Shown: positions 39,253-47,248 of the stretch, in pieces | How positions within the stretch are numbered: the stretch's first letter is position 1 | Layout: each line of letters opens with the position of its first letter | Source: Burkholderiales bacterium 68-10 | Lineage (GTDB): Bacteria; Pseudomonadota; Gammaproteobacteria; Burkholderiales; Burkholderiaceae_C | DNA: 57,540 nucleotides | Direction of reading: 5' to 3' | Assembly: GCA_001897615.1 (NCBI GenBank) | Contig: MKTG01000048.1 | Coordinates: 1 to 57,540, forward strand | The notes under the pieces: model-generated | Told to the model about the DNA's origin: nothing | Seen by the model: the letters and a program-made list of their open reading frames with translations, nothing else | The model's database searches: none | Made by a program: the position numbers and the translations under genes

Positions 39253-40190
39253 GCCCGGCCTCCCTGCCGCGCGACAGCCAGCGGCGCCGGCGTGCGCTCG
39301 GCCACGCGCATGATGGCGCTGCGCGCGCGCGGGTTGGCGGCCACCTCGGCGGCGCCGGGGCGCACCCGGCCGAGGGCGCGCAGCAGGGTGGGCGCCGGCT
39401 CGGCGAACGGCGCGCGCCGGTCCACCGCCTGGCGCGCATGGCGGGCGATGAACTGCTTGACGATGCGGTCTTCCAGGGAATGGAAGCTGATCACCACCAG
39501 CCGGCCTCCGGGTTGCAGCACCTGCACGGCCGCCTCTAGCGCCTGTTCGAGCTCTTCAAGCTCGGCGTTGACGAAAATCCGAACAGCCTGAAATGTGCGC
39601 GTTGCAGGGTTCTGGCCCGGCTCGCGGGTTTTGACCGCGCCAGCCACGAGCTCGGCCAGCTCGAGGGTGGATGCAACAGCGCGCCCCGCCTGTCGGCGAG
39701 CGACAATCGCCTTTGCAATGGCGACAGCAAACCGTTCCTCGCCGTAGTCACGGATCACCTGCGCAATCTGCCGCTCGTCGGCATGGGCCAGCCAGTCGGC
39801 CGCGCTCTGCCCGCGCGTGGGGTCCATGCGCATGTCCAGCGGGCCGTCGGCACGAAAAGAAAAACCCCGTGCGGGGTTGTCGATCTGTGGCGAGCTGATG
39901 CCCAGATCCATCAACACCCCCGCCACGCTGCGCGGCGGCCACTCGGCCAGCGCCGCGAAACCCTGGTGGCGGACGGCAAGGCGCGCGTCCTGAATGCGCG
40001 CCGCCTCGGCCAGCGCCTCGGGATCCTTGTCGAAAGCGATCAGCCGCCCCTCGGGCGCCAGCCGCCGCAGGATCAGGCGCGCATGTCCGCCACGGCCGAA
40101 CGTGGCGTCCACGTACTGACCGCGCGGGTCCGTGACCAGGGCGTCGACCGCCTCGTTCAACAGGACCGTGGTGTGTGACCATGCGTTCAC
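39249..40190 (-). CDS. rsmH: 16S rRNA (cytosine1402-N4)-methyltransferase RsmH/MraW
   Basis: [13 protein letters not shown]…[12 protein letters not shown]…[14 protein letters not shown]…ISFHSLEDR. Confidence 0.96.
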   Translation of the reverse strand: MNAWSHTTVLLNEAVDALVTDPRGQYVDATFGRGGHARLILRRLAPEGRLIAFDKDPEALAEAARIQDARLAVRHQGFAALAEWPPRSVAGVLMDLGISSPQIDNPARGFSFRADGPLDMRMDPTRGQSAADWLAHADERQIAQVIRDYGEERFAVAIAKAIVARRQAGRAVASTLELAELVAGAVKTREPGQNPATRTFQAVRIFVNAELEELEQALEAAVQVLQPGGRLVVISFHSLEDRIVKQFIARHARQAVDRRAPFAEPAPTLLRALGRVRPGAAEVAANPRARSAIMRVAERTPAPLAVARQGGRA

Positions 40191-40203
40191 TCGCCTCCGC
40201 CCT

Positions 40204-40632
40204 CTAGAAGGTGAAGTCCTCGAACGACCCGGGCAGCCCGGCCTGCATGGCCTCGGCCTCCTTGGCCTCGTAGGTCGCCTTGTCCCACAACTCGAAGTGC
40301 CGCCCCATGCCCAGCAGCATGGCCTCGCGCGTCAGCCCGGCGGCCTGGCGCAGCTCGGGCGAGATCAGCACGCGGCCGGTGCCGTCGAGCTCGACATCCA
40401 TCGCGCTGCCCAGAAAGATGCGCTTGACCCACTGCGCCGACATGGGTAGCTGGACGATGCGGTCGCGGAATTTTTCCCACTCGGGGCGCGGGAACACCAT
40501 CAGGCAGCCGTCGGGGTGCTTGGTGATCGTCAGCTGCCCGTCGGCCGTAGCGGCCAGGACGTCGCGGTGCCGGGTCGGCACGGACAGCCTTCCCTTTGCA
40601 TCCAGACTCAGCGACGACGCCCCTTGAAACAC
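40204..40632 (-). CDS. mraZ: Transcriptional regulator MraZ
   Basis: (V)[25 protein letters not shown], with the second DxxxR repeat [16 protein letters not shown] set a GTG start at 40632, giving the usual 142 aa. The ORF-track ATG 40686 adds 18 residues and overlaps the operator-like repeats. Confidence 0.9.
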   Translation of the reverse strand: MFQGASSLSLDAKGRLSVPTRHRDVLAATADGQLTITKHPDGCLMVFPRPEWEKFRDRIVQLPMSAQWVKRIFLGSAMDVELDGTGRVLISPELRQAAGLTREAMLLGMGRHFELWDKATYEAKEAEAMQAGLPGSFEDFTF

Positions 40633-40673
40633 GCTCTTTCCCTGTGACGAGTGTGGCAATCGGGAAGAAATGA

Positions 40674-40732
40674 CACTTTCCCCCACTTAACTGCACTTAA
40701 TTGCACTGTAGCAGGAATTGGCCGTGCGACAA
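40674..40732 (-). promoter_or_regulatory. Candidate Pmra promoter plus four 10-bp-phased AAGTG (MraZ-box-like) repeats
   Basis: The minus strand reads TTGTCG (40727-32), a 16-nt spacer, then TACAGT (40705-10). AGTG cores occur at 40704-07, 40694-97, 40684-87 and 40674-77, spaced exactly 10 bp apart (cAGTGc, aAGTGc, aAGTGg, aAGTGt). Confidence 0.5.
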
Positions 40733-40788
40733 CCAGGGCCAACAAATTATTTCAATGAAATCAACGCGTTAGCCAACTTCTTCACTGG

Positions 40789-40797
40789 TTATCCAAA
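40789..40797 (+). promoter_or_regulatory. DnaA-box-like 9-mer TTATCCAAA (8/9)
   Basis: Lies in the AT-rich block upstream of Pmra, paired with a perfect DnaA box ~60 bp away in inverted orientation. Confidence 0.25.
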
Positions 40798-40857
40798 GTG
40801 AAATTCCTTTGAAATGAGCGACTTACGCGAAATAATGAAAGTCAGGCTCTACGACGC

Positions 40858-40866
40858 TGTGGATAA
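40858..40866 (-). promoter_or_regulatory. Perfect DnaA-box 9-mer (TGTGGATAA on the plus strand, TTATCCACA on the minus strand)
   Basis: Exact match to the consensus. Such an AT-rich 9-mer should be rare by chance in a ~70% GC sequence. Function untested. Confidence 0.3.
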
Positions 40867-40946
40867 CCCGCGTTCCAGTCTGCGACAGACGAAGCGGCTC
40901 AACGAGACGCCGTGCCCCGCACCATGGGTCTCACGGATTTCGTCGA

Positions 40947-41005
40947 AATGCTATCAATACGATAGCTTTCGGCGCAAGTTGTGCAAGGATTTGCGGTGGA
41001 TTTCC
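40947..41005 (-). repeat. Dispersed low-GC repeat, copy I (inverted orientation, divergent)
   Basis: The reverse complement reads GGAAATCCACCGCAAATCCTTGCACAACTTGCGCCGAAAGCTATCGTATTGATAGCATT. Confidence 0.5.
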
Positions 41006-41215
41006 TGCGATCTTTCGCCTTCCCCATCACCAACACCGCCGGGCGACACCCGGCAGCGCCGGGGGGATGCCGGGCCCGTGCGCCTGCAAACCCATCGGGA
41101 CGGCGGCGCCACTCAGCCTTGGCGGGCGGCGGGTTCGACGCGCTGGAGAAGGCGCGCCCTCGGTCAGCGCTGCGGCTCCCCGGCTGCGCCGGGCCCGCGC
41201 GCGGGGTTGGGTTGC

Positions 41216-42553
41216 TCAGAGGATGTAGCGCGACAGGTCCTCGTCGCGGCTCAGCGCCGCCAGACGCGCGTCGACGTAGGCGGCGTCGATGCTGAGGGTC
41301 TGCCCCTGCCGCCGGGTGGCATCGAAGCTGACCTCGTCCAGCAGGCGCTCCATCACGGTGGACAGGCGCCGCGCGCCGATGTTCTCGGTCGATTCGTTGA
41401 CGGCGCAGGCGATTTCGGCCAGCCGCGAGATGCCGTCGGGCCGAAAATCCAGCGTCACGCCTTCGGTGGCCAGCAGCGCCTGGTACTGGCGCACCAGGCT
41501 GGCATCGGTCTGCGTCAGGATGGCCTCGAAGTCCTGCACCGACAGCGAGGCCAGCTCGACCCGGATCGGCAGCCGGCCCTGCAGCTCGGGGATCAGGTCG
41601 CTCGGCTTGGACAGGTGAAAGGCGCCCGAGGCGATGAACAGGATGTGGTCGGTGCGCACCATGCCGTACTTGGTGCTCACGGTGGTGCCTTCGACCAGCG
41701 GCAGCAGGTCGCGCTGCACGCCCTGGCGCGAGACTTCGGCGCTGCCGCCGCCGCCCTCCAGGCCGCGCGAGGCCACCTTGTCGATCTCGTCGATGAAGAC
41801 GATGCCGTTCTGCTCCAGATTGCGCACGGCTTCGGTGCGCAGCTCGTCCTCGTTGACCAGCTTGCCAGCCTCTTCGTCGATCAGCAGCCGCATGGCCTCG
41901 CCGATCCGCACGCGGCGCAGCTTGCGCCGGCCACCACCCAGGTTGCCCAGCATGCCCTTGAGCTGCTCGGCCATGTCCTCCATGCCGGGCGGGCCCAGGA
42001 TCTCCATGGTGGGCGTGGGCTGGGCCAGCTCCAGCTCGATTTCCTTGTCGTCCAGCTGGCCCTCGCGCAGCTTCTTGCGAAACGCCTGGCGCGCGGCACT
42101 GTCGCCGCCCGGCGCGTTGCTGCCGTCGGCCTGGCGCGCCGGCGGCAGCAGCACGTCGAGGATGCGCTCCTCGGCCAGGTCCTCGGCGCGCGTGCGGTGC
42201 GCCTTCATGGCCTGCTCGCGCTGCTGCTTGACCGCCATTTCGGCCAGGTCGCGGATGATGGAATCGACATCCTTGCCGACGTAGCCCACCTCGGTGAACT
42301 TGGTGGCCTCGACCTTGATGAACGGCGCGTTCGCCAGCCGTGCCAGCCGGCGCGCGATCTCGGTCTTGCCGACGCCGGTGGGGCCGATCATCAGGATGTT
42401 CTTGGGCGTGATTTCATGGCGCAGCTTCTCGTCGACCTGCTGGCGCCGCCAGCGGTTGCGCAAGGCAATGGCCACGGCACGCTTGGCGTCGTGCTGGCCG
42501 ACGATGTGGCGGTCGAGTTCGGAGACGATCTCCTGCGGCGTCATCGAAGACAT
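41216..42553 (-). CDS. hslU: ATP-dependent protease ATPase subunit HslU
   Basis: [37 protein letters not shown]…[15 protein letters not shown]…FIDEIDK. I set the start at ATG 42553. Confidence 0.96.
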   Translation of the reverse strand: MSSMTPQEIVSELDRHIVGQHDAKRAVAIALRNRWRRQQVDEKLRHEITPKNILMIGPTGVGKTEIARRLARLANAPFIKVEATKFTEVGYVGKDVDSIIRDLAEMAVKQQREQAMKAHRTRAEDLAEERILDVLLPPARQADGSNAPGGDSAARQAFRKKLREGQLDDKEIELELAQPTPTMEILGPPGMEDMAEQLKGMLGNLGGGRRKLRRVRIGEAMRLLIDEEAGKLVNEDELRTEAVRNLEQNGIVFIDEIDKVASRGLEGGGGSAEVSRQGVQRDLLPLVEGTTVSTKYGMVRTDHILFIASGAFHLSKPSDLIPELQGRLPIRVELASLSVQDFEAILTQTDASLVRQYQALLATEGVTLDFRPDGISRLAEIACAVNESTENIGARRLSTVMERLLDEVSFDATRRQGQTLSIDAAYVDARLAALSRDEDLSRYIL

Positions 42554-42577
42554 GGCAAGTTCCACCCATTCATTGGA

Positions 42578-42633
42578 TCAAATACAGCCCTGGCGCACGA
42601 GCAGCAAGCGCCGGTAGCTCCTGAATAAATAGC
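42578..42633 (+). repeat. Dispersed low-GC repeat, copy J (hslV-hslU spacer, divergent tail)
   Basis: TCAAATACAGCCCTGGCGCACGAGCAGCAAGCGCCGGTAGCTCCTGAATAAATAGC. Confidence 0.55.
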
Positions 42634-42652
42634 AACGCGCAGCCACCGACGG

Positions 42653-43198
42653 CTACAGCGTCTCGATGGTGTGATGCAGGTTGGTGTAGATGCACAACTC
42701 GCCGGCGATCTCCAGCGCCTTCTTGACCACCTGATCGGCCGGCAACTCCGTGTGGTCAAGCAGTGCCTTGGCCGCGGCCTGGGCATAGGCGCCGCCGGAG
42801 CCGATGGCCACCAGGCCATGCTCGGGCTCCAGCACGTCGCCGTTGCCGGTGATGATCAGCGAGGCTTCCCGGTCGGCCACCGCCAGCATGGCTTCCAGGC
42901 GGCGCAGCACGCGGTCGGTGCGCCAGTCCTTGGTCAGCTCGATGGCGGCGCGCGTCAGGTGGCCCTGGTGCTTTTCCAGCTTGGCCTCGAAGCGCTCGAA
43001 CAGGGTGAAGGCGTCGGCCGTGGCACCGGCAAAGCCCGCCAGCACCCTGCCGTGGTGCAGCTTGCGCACCTTGCGTGCCGTGCCCTTGACCACGATGTGG
43101 CCCAGGGTGACCTGGCCATCGCCACCGATGGCCACCTGCCAGCCTTGCGGCGTCTGGCGTCGCACGCTGACGATGGTGGTGCCGTGAAATGCTTCCAT
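42653..43198 (-). CDS. hslV: ATP-dependent protease subunit HslV
   Basis: [15 protein letters not shown]…GDGQVTLG. The catalytic Thr follows a 6-residue leader, and no alternative start codon lies directly before TT. Confidence 0.95.
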   Translation of the reverse strand: MEAFHGTTIVSVRRQTPQGWQVAIGGDGQVTLGHIVVKGTARKVRKLHHGRVLAGFAGATADAFTLFERFEAKLEKHQGHLTRAAIELTKDWRTDRVLRRLEAMLAVADREASLIITGNGDVLEPEHGLVAIGSGGAYAQAAAKALLDHTELPADQVVKKALEIAGELCIYTNLHHTIETL

Positions 43199-43207
43199 AG
43201 CGGTTCC

Positions 43208-43238
43208 AGATGGGGGGGTGCGAGGCGCCGTTCAAGGG
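43208..43238 (-). promoter_or_regulatory. Sigma-32 (RpoH) heat-shock promoter of hslVU
   Basis: The minus strand reads CCCTTGAAc, 14 nt, then CCCCATCT. This is close to the E. coli sigma-32 consensus CCCTTGAA-N13-15-CCCCATnT. The -10 element ends only 9 nt before the hslV ATG. Confidence 0.6.
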
Positions 43239-43317
43239 CTGGCGAGCCGCCGACAGGCGGTTCTGACGAGCCCGATTGTGCGCCGGACGGCCCACGTCGG
43301 CACCACAGCGGCGACGG

Positions 43318-45033
43318 TCAGTCCGTGCGCAACAGCACGCGCGCGACGTCGGTGATGCCGATGACGCCAAAGAACGCCGCCACCAGGCGGTTGACCTGCT
43401 GAAAGCGCACCGCCTTGCCACCGCCCTGCTGGTGGGTGGCCCAGTTGAGCATGTCGCCCGCGGCACCGAAATCCACCCGCACCAGCTGGCGGCAGTTGAA
43501 TTCGAACGCCCGGGCGTCGCCCTGCTCGTCCAGCGGCTGCAGGACGGCGCCGAACGAGCCGGTGTACGTCCCCTCCAGCGCGGTGGCAACGACGCCTTCA
43601 CCCGGTTCGTCCGCGGGCGGCTCGTGATCCGTGGCCATGGGCGGTAGCAACATCCCCGGTTCCTCGGCACCGAACTGGCTGGGCATCAGGGTTTCGCCGT
43701 CGTCCGTCATGTTGCTCCAGCTGTTGCTGGGCTCCTCCCAGGCGGGCGGGGATACCTCGTAGGTGACGCAGTAGTTCAGTGCCACCAGATCGAAGTCGTC
43801 CATCCGCCCGAGCACGCGCAGCAGCGCCAGTCGTGCCTCCCACCACTGCGGATCGGCGCCACGGTCACCGGTGGGCGAGTGCTCGGTCAGCACCTGCAGC
43901 AAGCGCTCGACGTCCAGCGTTTTCAGTCGCACCGGCGTGTCGGCCCAGCGCTGCAGCAGCTCGATCAGCGCCGGCAGCGCCGACGGCTCGATGGTCTTGA
44001 GCGCGCGCCAGTCGACGCGCCAGGGCGGCGCCTGGCGCTCCAGCGACACGCGCAGCGCGGCCACCGACTGCGTGCCGATCGCGCCGGGGCTGCTCCAGTG
44101 GAACGCACCGCCACCGCCGGGCATCGGGGCAGACGCAAAGGGCGCCGGTGTCGGCACCTGTTCAAGCAGGCCGGCCCACTGCGGCGCCGATCGCCCGAAC
44201 AGCGCCGCGAACGCCGGCGCGATGTCGTCGAACTTGGTCTGATCGCCAGTGCAGCGATAAAGGTCGAACAGCGTCAGCCAGGTATCGAGGTCCTGGCGCC
44301 GGCTGCCGCCCTCGGCCAGCAGCGCCAGCAACAGCGCTTCAGCGCCGGCGGCGTCGCCATTGGCGAACAGGATCGCGGCTTCCTCGAGCTCCGGGTCCTG
44401 CCGTCCGGCGGCCACGACTTCGACGTTGAATTCCGGCACTTCGCCCAGCATCGGCCCACCGAAGCCGGTGCCTGCCGCTCGGGCTGGCGCGGCTACCGGC
44501 GCCGGGGCGGACATGGGGTCCATCGTCACGGTGGGCGCGAAGCCAGGCGGCGCATCCATCGGCCGCAGCCCGGCGGTGGGCAGCGGCATCGGGTCGGTCT
44601 TGTCGTACGCGTGCGCCGATGGCGCGGCGGCATCGGCCGACGCCGGCTCCGCTGGCGACTGGCCCGAGCCGGGCCGCAGCTTGAACCAGGCGGTCGACAT
44701 CTGCGCTTCGATTTCGTTGATCTTCTTCAGCGTCCGCTCGCGCTCGCCGGTGTTGGCGGGCTGGCTGCTGGGGTAGAAGGACGGGCCGCCCGCCGCCAGA
44801 TCGCTGTCCTTGAGCGTCTCGCGCCGGCGCAGCTTGCGCAGCATGTCGAACTCGCGGCTGCGCACGAAATCGTTGCGGCGCTTGCGCTCGATCATCTCCT
44901 TGAGCGCCAGGCGCGACTCGCTGTCGCCCTCCTCGGACGCGGGCTGGTCGAGGTCGGCCCAGTGCGTGGTGGGGTTCTTGACGAACCGCACCATCTTGGA
45001 CAGCAGTCCGCCGGATTCGGAAGGCTTGTTCAT
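43318..45033 (-). CDS. Uncharacterised 571-aa protein: basic N-terminal motif, Pro/Ala-rich linker, two copies of a helical + STAS-like module
   Basis: Coding-like composition and a GGAG Shine-Dalgarno ~10 nt upstream. Internal duplication visible by eye: WLTLFDLYRCTGDQTKFDDIAPAFAALFGRSAPQW versus WEARLALLRVLGRMDDFDLVALNYCVTYEVSPPAW. Each copy is followed by a ~90-aa segment ending in a STAS-like hydrophobic pattern. No family was recognised with certainty. Confidence 0.7.
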   Translation of the reverse strand: MNKPSESGGLLSKMVRFVKNPTTHWADLDQPASEEGDSESRLALKEMIERKRRNDFVRSREFDMLRKLRRRETLKDSDLAAGGPSFYPSSQPANTGERERTLKKINEIEAQMSTAWFKLRPGSGQSPAEPASADAAAPSAHAYDKTDPMPLPTAGLRPMDAPPGFAPTVTMDPMSAPAPVAAPARAAGTGFGGPMLGEVPEFNVEVVAAGRQDPELEEAAILFANGDAAGAEALLLALLAEGGSRRQDLDTWLTLFDLYRCTGDQTKFDDIAPAFAALFGRSAPQWAGLLEQVPTPAPFASAPMPGGGGAFHWSSPGAIGTQSVAALRVSLERQAPPWRVDWRALKTIEPSALPALIELLQRWADTPVRLKTLDVERLLQVLTEHSPTGDRGADPQWWEARLALLRVLGRMDDFDLVALNYCVTYEVSPPAWEEPSNSWSNMTDDGETLMPSQFGAEEPGMLLPPMATDHEPPADEPGEGVVATALEGTYTGSFGAVLQPLDEQGDARAFEFNCRQLVRVDFGAAGDMLNWATHQQGGGKAVRFQQVNRLVAAFFGVIGITDVARVLLRTD

Positions 45034-45162
45034 GGCTCGGTCGCTCCCCTGGTCATCGAATGTCCGGCCGTGGTGCCGGCTCAGACCGTGTGAGCGGGTC
45101 CGGCATGGCCGGGCGGATGCGCAGGCACGGTCAGAACGGACATGGCGGGTTCGCTCGCGCGC

Positions 45163-45912
45163 TCAGTCGCCGAACATCTTCTGCTTGAGCTCGCGCCGCT
45201 GCTGCGCCTCCAGCGACAGCGTGGCGGTCGGGCGTGCCAGCAGACGGGGCACGCCAATGGGCTCGCCGGTTTCGTCGCAGTAGCCATAGTCGCCGGCGTC
45301 GATGCGGGCGATCGACTGCTCGATCTTCTTGAGCAGCTTGCGCTCGCGGTCGCGCGTGCGCAACTCCAGCGCGTGCTCCTCCTCGATGGTGGCGCGGTCG
45401 GCCGGATCGGGCACCACCACGGTGTCGTCGCGCAGGTTCTCTGCCGTCTGGCCGGCGTTGGCCAGCATGTCGTCCTTCAGCTGCACCAGCTTGTGGCGGA
45501 AATAGGCCAGCTGCTTGTCGTTCATGTACTCGCTGTCGGGCATGGCGATGATCTCCGGATCGCTGAGCTGCTCGACAGACTTGGTTTTCCAGTTGTTGGC
45601 CAGCTTGGGGTCTTTCTTGACCGGCACCGGCACCGGGGGGATGGCAACAGAGGGCATGGGCAGATTCTTGGGAACAGGCAGCGGCGGCCGCGCCGAGGTG
45701 ATCTTGGGAGCGGTCACCGCAGCCGACGCCCGGGTGGTGGCCGATCGGACCGGGGGCTTGCCAGCCTTGCTGGCGGCCGGCGCGGGCGCCTGGGTCTTGC
45801 TGGCGGCCGGCGCGGGCGCCTGGGTCTTGCTGGCGGGCTTGACCACGCTCGGGGTCGCCTTGGCAGGCTTGGCCTTGGGGGGTGCCGGGCTCTTGGCAGC
45901 CGCAGTTTTCAC
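45163..45912 (-). CDS. dksA: DksA-family RNA polymerase-binding factor, Cys-depleted (DksA2-like), with a Lys/Ala/Pro-rich N-terminal extension
   Basis: Core EYMNDKQLAYFRHKL…VPDPADRATIEEEHALELRTRDRERKLLKKIE…GYCDETGEPIGVPRLLARPTATLSLEAQ. I chose GTG 45912 as the start because AGGAGA lies 8 nt upstream and the ORF-track ATG 46104 adds non-coding-looking sequence. An internal ATG (MPSVAIPP…) cannot be excluded. Confidence 0.8.
   Translation of the reverse strand: MKTAAAKSPAPPKAKPAKATPSVVKPASKTQAPAPAASKTQAPAPAASKAGKPPVRSATTRASAAVTAPKITSARPPLPVPKNLPMPSVAIPPVPVPVKKDPKLANNWKTKSVEQLSDPEIIAMPDSEYMNDKQLAYFRHKLVQLKDDMLANAGQTAENLRDDTVVVPDPADRATIEEEHALELRTRDRERKLLKKIEQSIARIDAGDYGYCDETGEPIGVPRLLARPTATLSLEAQQRRELKQKMFGD
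45766..45836. repeat. Perfect 30-bp tandem repeat, 2.4 copies, inside the dksA-like N-terminal extension
   Basis: CTTGCTGGCGGCCGGCGCGGGCGCCTGGGT at 45766-45795 and 45796-45825, then 11 nt of a third copy. It encodes ..ASKTQAPAPA ASKTQAPAPA ASK.. Confidence 0.95.
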
Positions 45913-46186
45913 TTGTCTCGTCTCCTGTCGGCACCGACGCCCGGTGGGCGCAGCGCCGATCACGTGGCCAGCGGACGACACGGGGTCCTTGTCATCCGAT
46001 AAGCGCCCTGTTGTATGACCTTCTTGGGCGACGCGAGCATAACGGCCCCCGTTCAGCGGGGGCACCCGTACGAAGGCGGCGATTGTAGCCACCCGCGATG
46101 GCACCGGGCACCAGACGCCGGCAAAACACCGGCGATCTGCCGAAACCTTGACACAATCCGGCCTTCGGGCCGGCCGGAAACCCGCT

Positions 46187-47248
46187 TCAGGCAGGCACCA
46201 GGCACTGCTCCAGGCCCTGGGTCAGGATGTCGCGCGGCAGCTCGATGCCGATGAACACCATCTTGCTGGTGCGCGACTCGTCCGCCTTCCAGGCGGGGCC
46301 CAGGTCGCTGCCCATGAGCTGGTGCACGCCCTGGAAGATGACCTTGCGCTCCGTGCCCTTCATCCACAGCACGCCCTTGTAGCGCAGCATGCGCGGGCCG
46401 TAGATGTTGACCATGGCGCCCAGGAAGTCCTCCAGCCGCGCCGGATCGAACGCCCGCTCGGCACGGAAGACGAAGCTCTTGACGTCATCGTCCTCATGAT
46501 GGTGGTGGCCATGGGCGTGGTGGTGCGAGGGGTGGTCGCAGTGCCCGCCATCGTGGTGATGGTGGTCGTGGTGATCGTGAGCGTGCTCATCGGCGGCCAG
46601 GAACTCGGGGTCGATGTCCAGCCGGGCGTTCAGGTTGAAGCCGCGCAGGTCGAACACCTCGGCGATCGGCACGTCGCCGAAATGCACCACCTTCTGCGCC
46701 GCGCGCGGGTTCATGTGCCTGAGCCGATGCTGCAGGGCCGCCAGCTCGTCCTGGCCCACCAGATCGGCCTTGCTGATGAAGATCTGGTCGGCAAAGCCGA
46801 CCTGGCGCTGCGCCTCGACACGGTCGTTCAACTGCTGCGCCGCGTGCTTGGCATCGACCAGGGTGACGATGGCGTCGAGCAGGTAGGCCTCGGCGATCTC
46901 GTCGTCCATGAAGAAGGTCTGCGCCACCGGGCCGGGATCGGCCAAGCCTGTGGTCTCGATCACCACGCGCTCGAAGTCCAGCTCGCCCCGGCGCTTTCGG
47001 GCCGCCAGGTCGGACAAGGTGGCCCGCAGGTCCTCGCGGATGGAGCAGCAGATGCAGCCGTTGCTCATCTGGATGATCTGCTCCTGGCTGTCGGCCACGA
47101 GGATGTCGTTGTCGATGTTCTCCTCGCCGAACTCGTTCTCGATGACGGCGATCTTCTGGCCGTGCGCCTCGGTCAGCACGCGCTTGAGCAGCGTGGTCTT
47201 GCCCGAGCCGAGAAAGCCGGTGAGGATGGTGGCAGGAATCAGGGACAT
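46187..47248 (-). CDS. COG0523 (CobW/ZigA/YjiA-type) metallochaperone GTPase with a His-rich insert
   Basis: Walker A GFLGSGKTT, CxCC motif GCICCS, and the His-rich tract HAHDHHDHHHHDGGHCDHPSHHHAHGHHHHEDDD. I moved the start to ATG 47248 (MSLIPATILTGF…). Confidence 0.9.
   Translation of the reverse strand: MSLIPATILTGFLGSGKTTLLKRVLTEAHGQKIAVIENEFGEENIDNDILVADSQEQIIQMSNGCICCSIREDLRATLSDLAARKRRGELDFERVVIETTGLADPGPVAQTFFMDDEIAEAYLLDAIVTLVDAKHAAQQLNDRVEAQRQVGFADQIFISKADLVGQDELAALQHRLRHMNPRAAQKVVHFGDVPIAEVFDLRGFNLNARLDIDPEFLAADEHAHDHHDHHHHDGGHCDHPSHHHAHGHHHHEDDDVKSFVFRAERAFDPARLEDFLGAMVNIYGPRMLRYKGVLWMKGTERKVIFQGVHQLMGSDLGPAWKADESRTSKMVFIGIELPRDILTQGLEQCLVPA

Noticed and set aside
39540-39790. 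Local GC dip (about 55-65% versus ~70%) inside rsmH, which could indicate a recombination or HGT mosaic tract.
   Set aside because: The dip is modest and I estimated it only by hand on 60-nt blocks. The encoded protein segment is ordinary conserved RsmH sequence. The signal is too weak to call without a sliding-window or codon-usage analysis.
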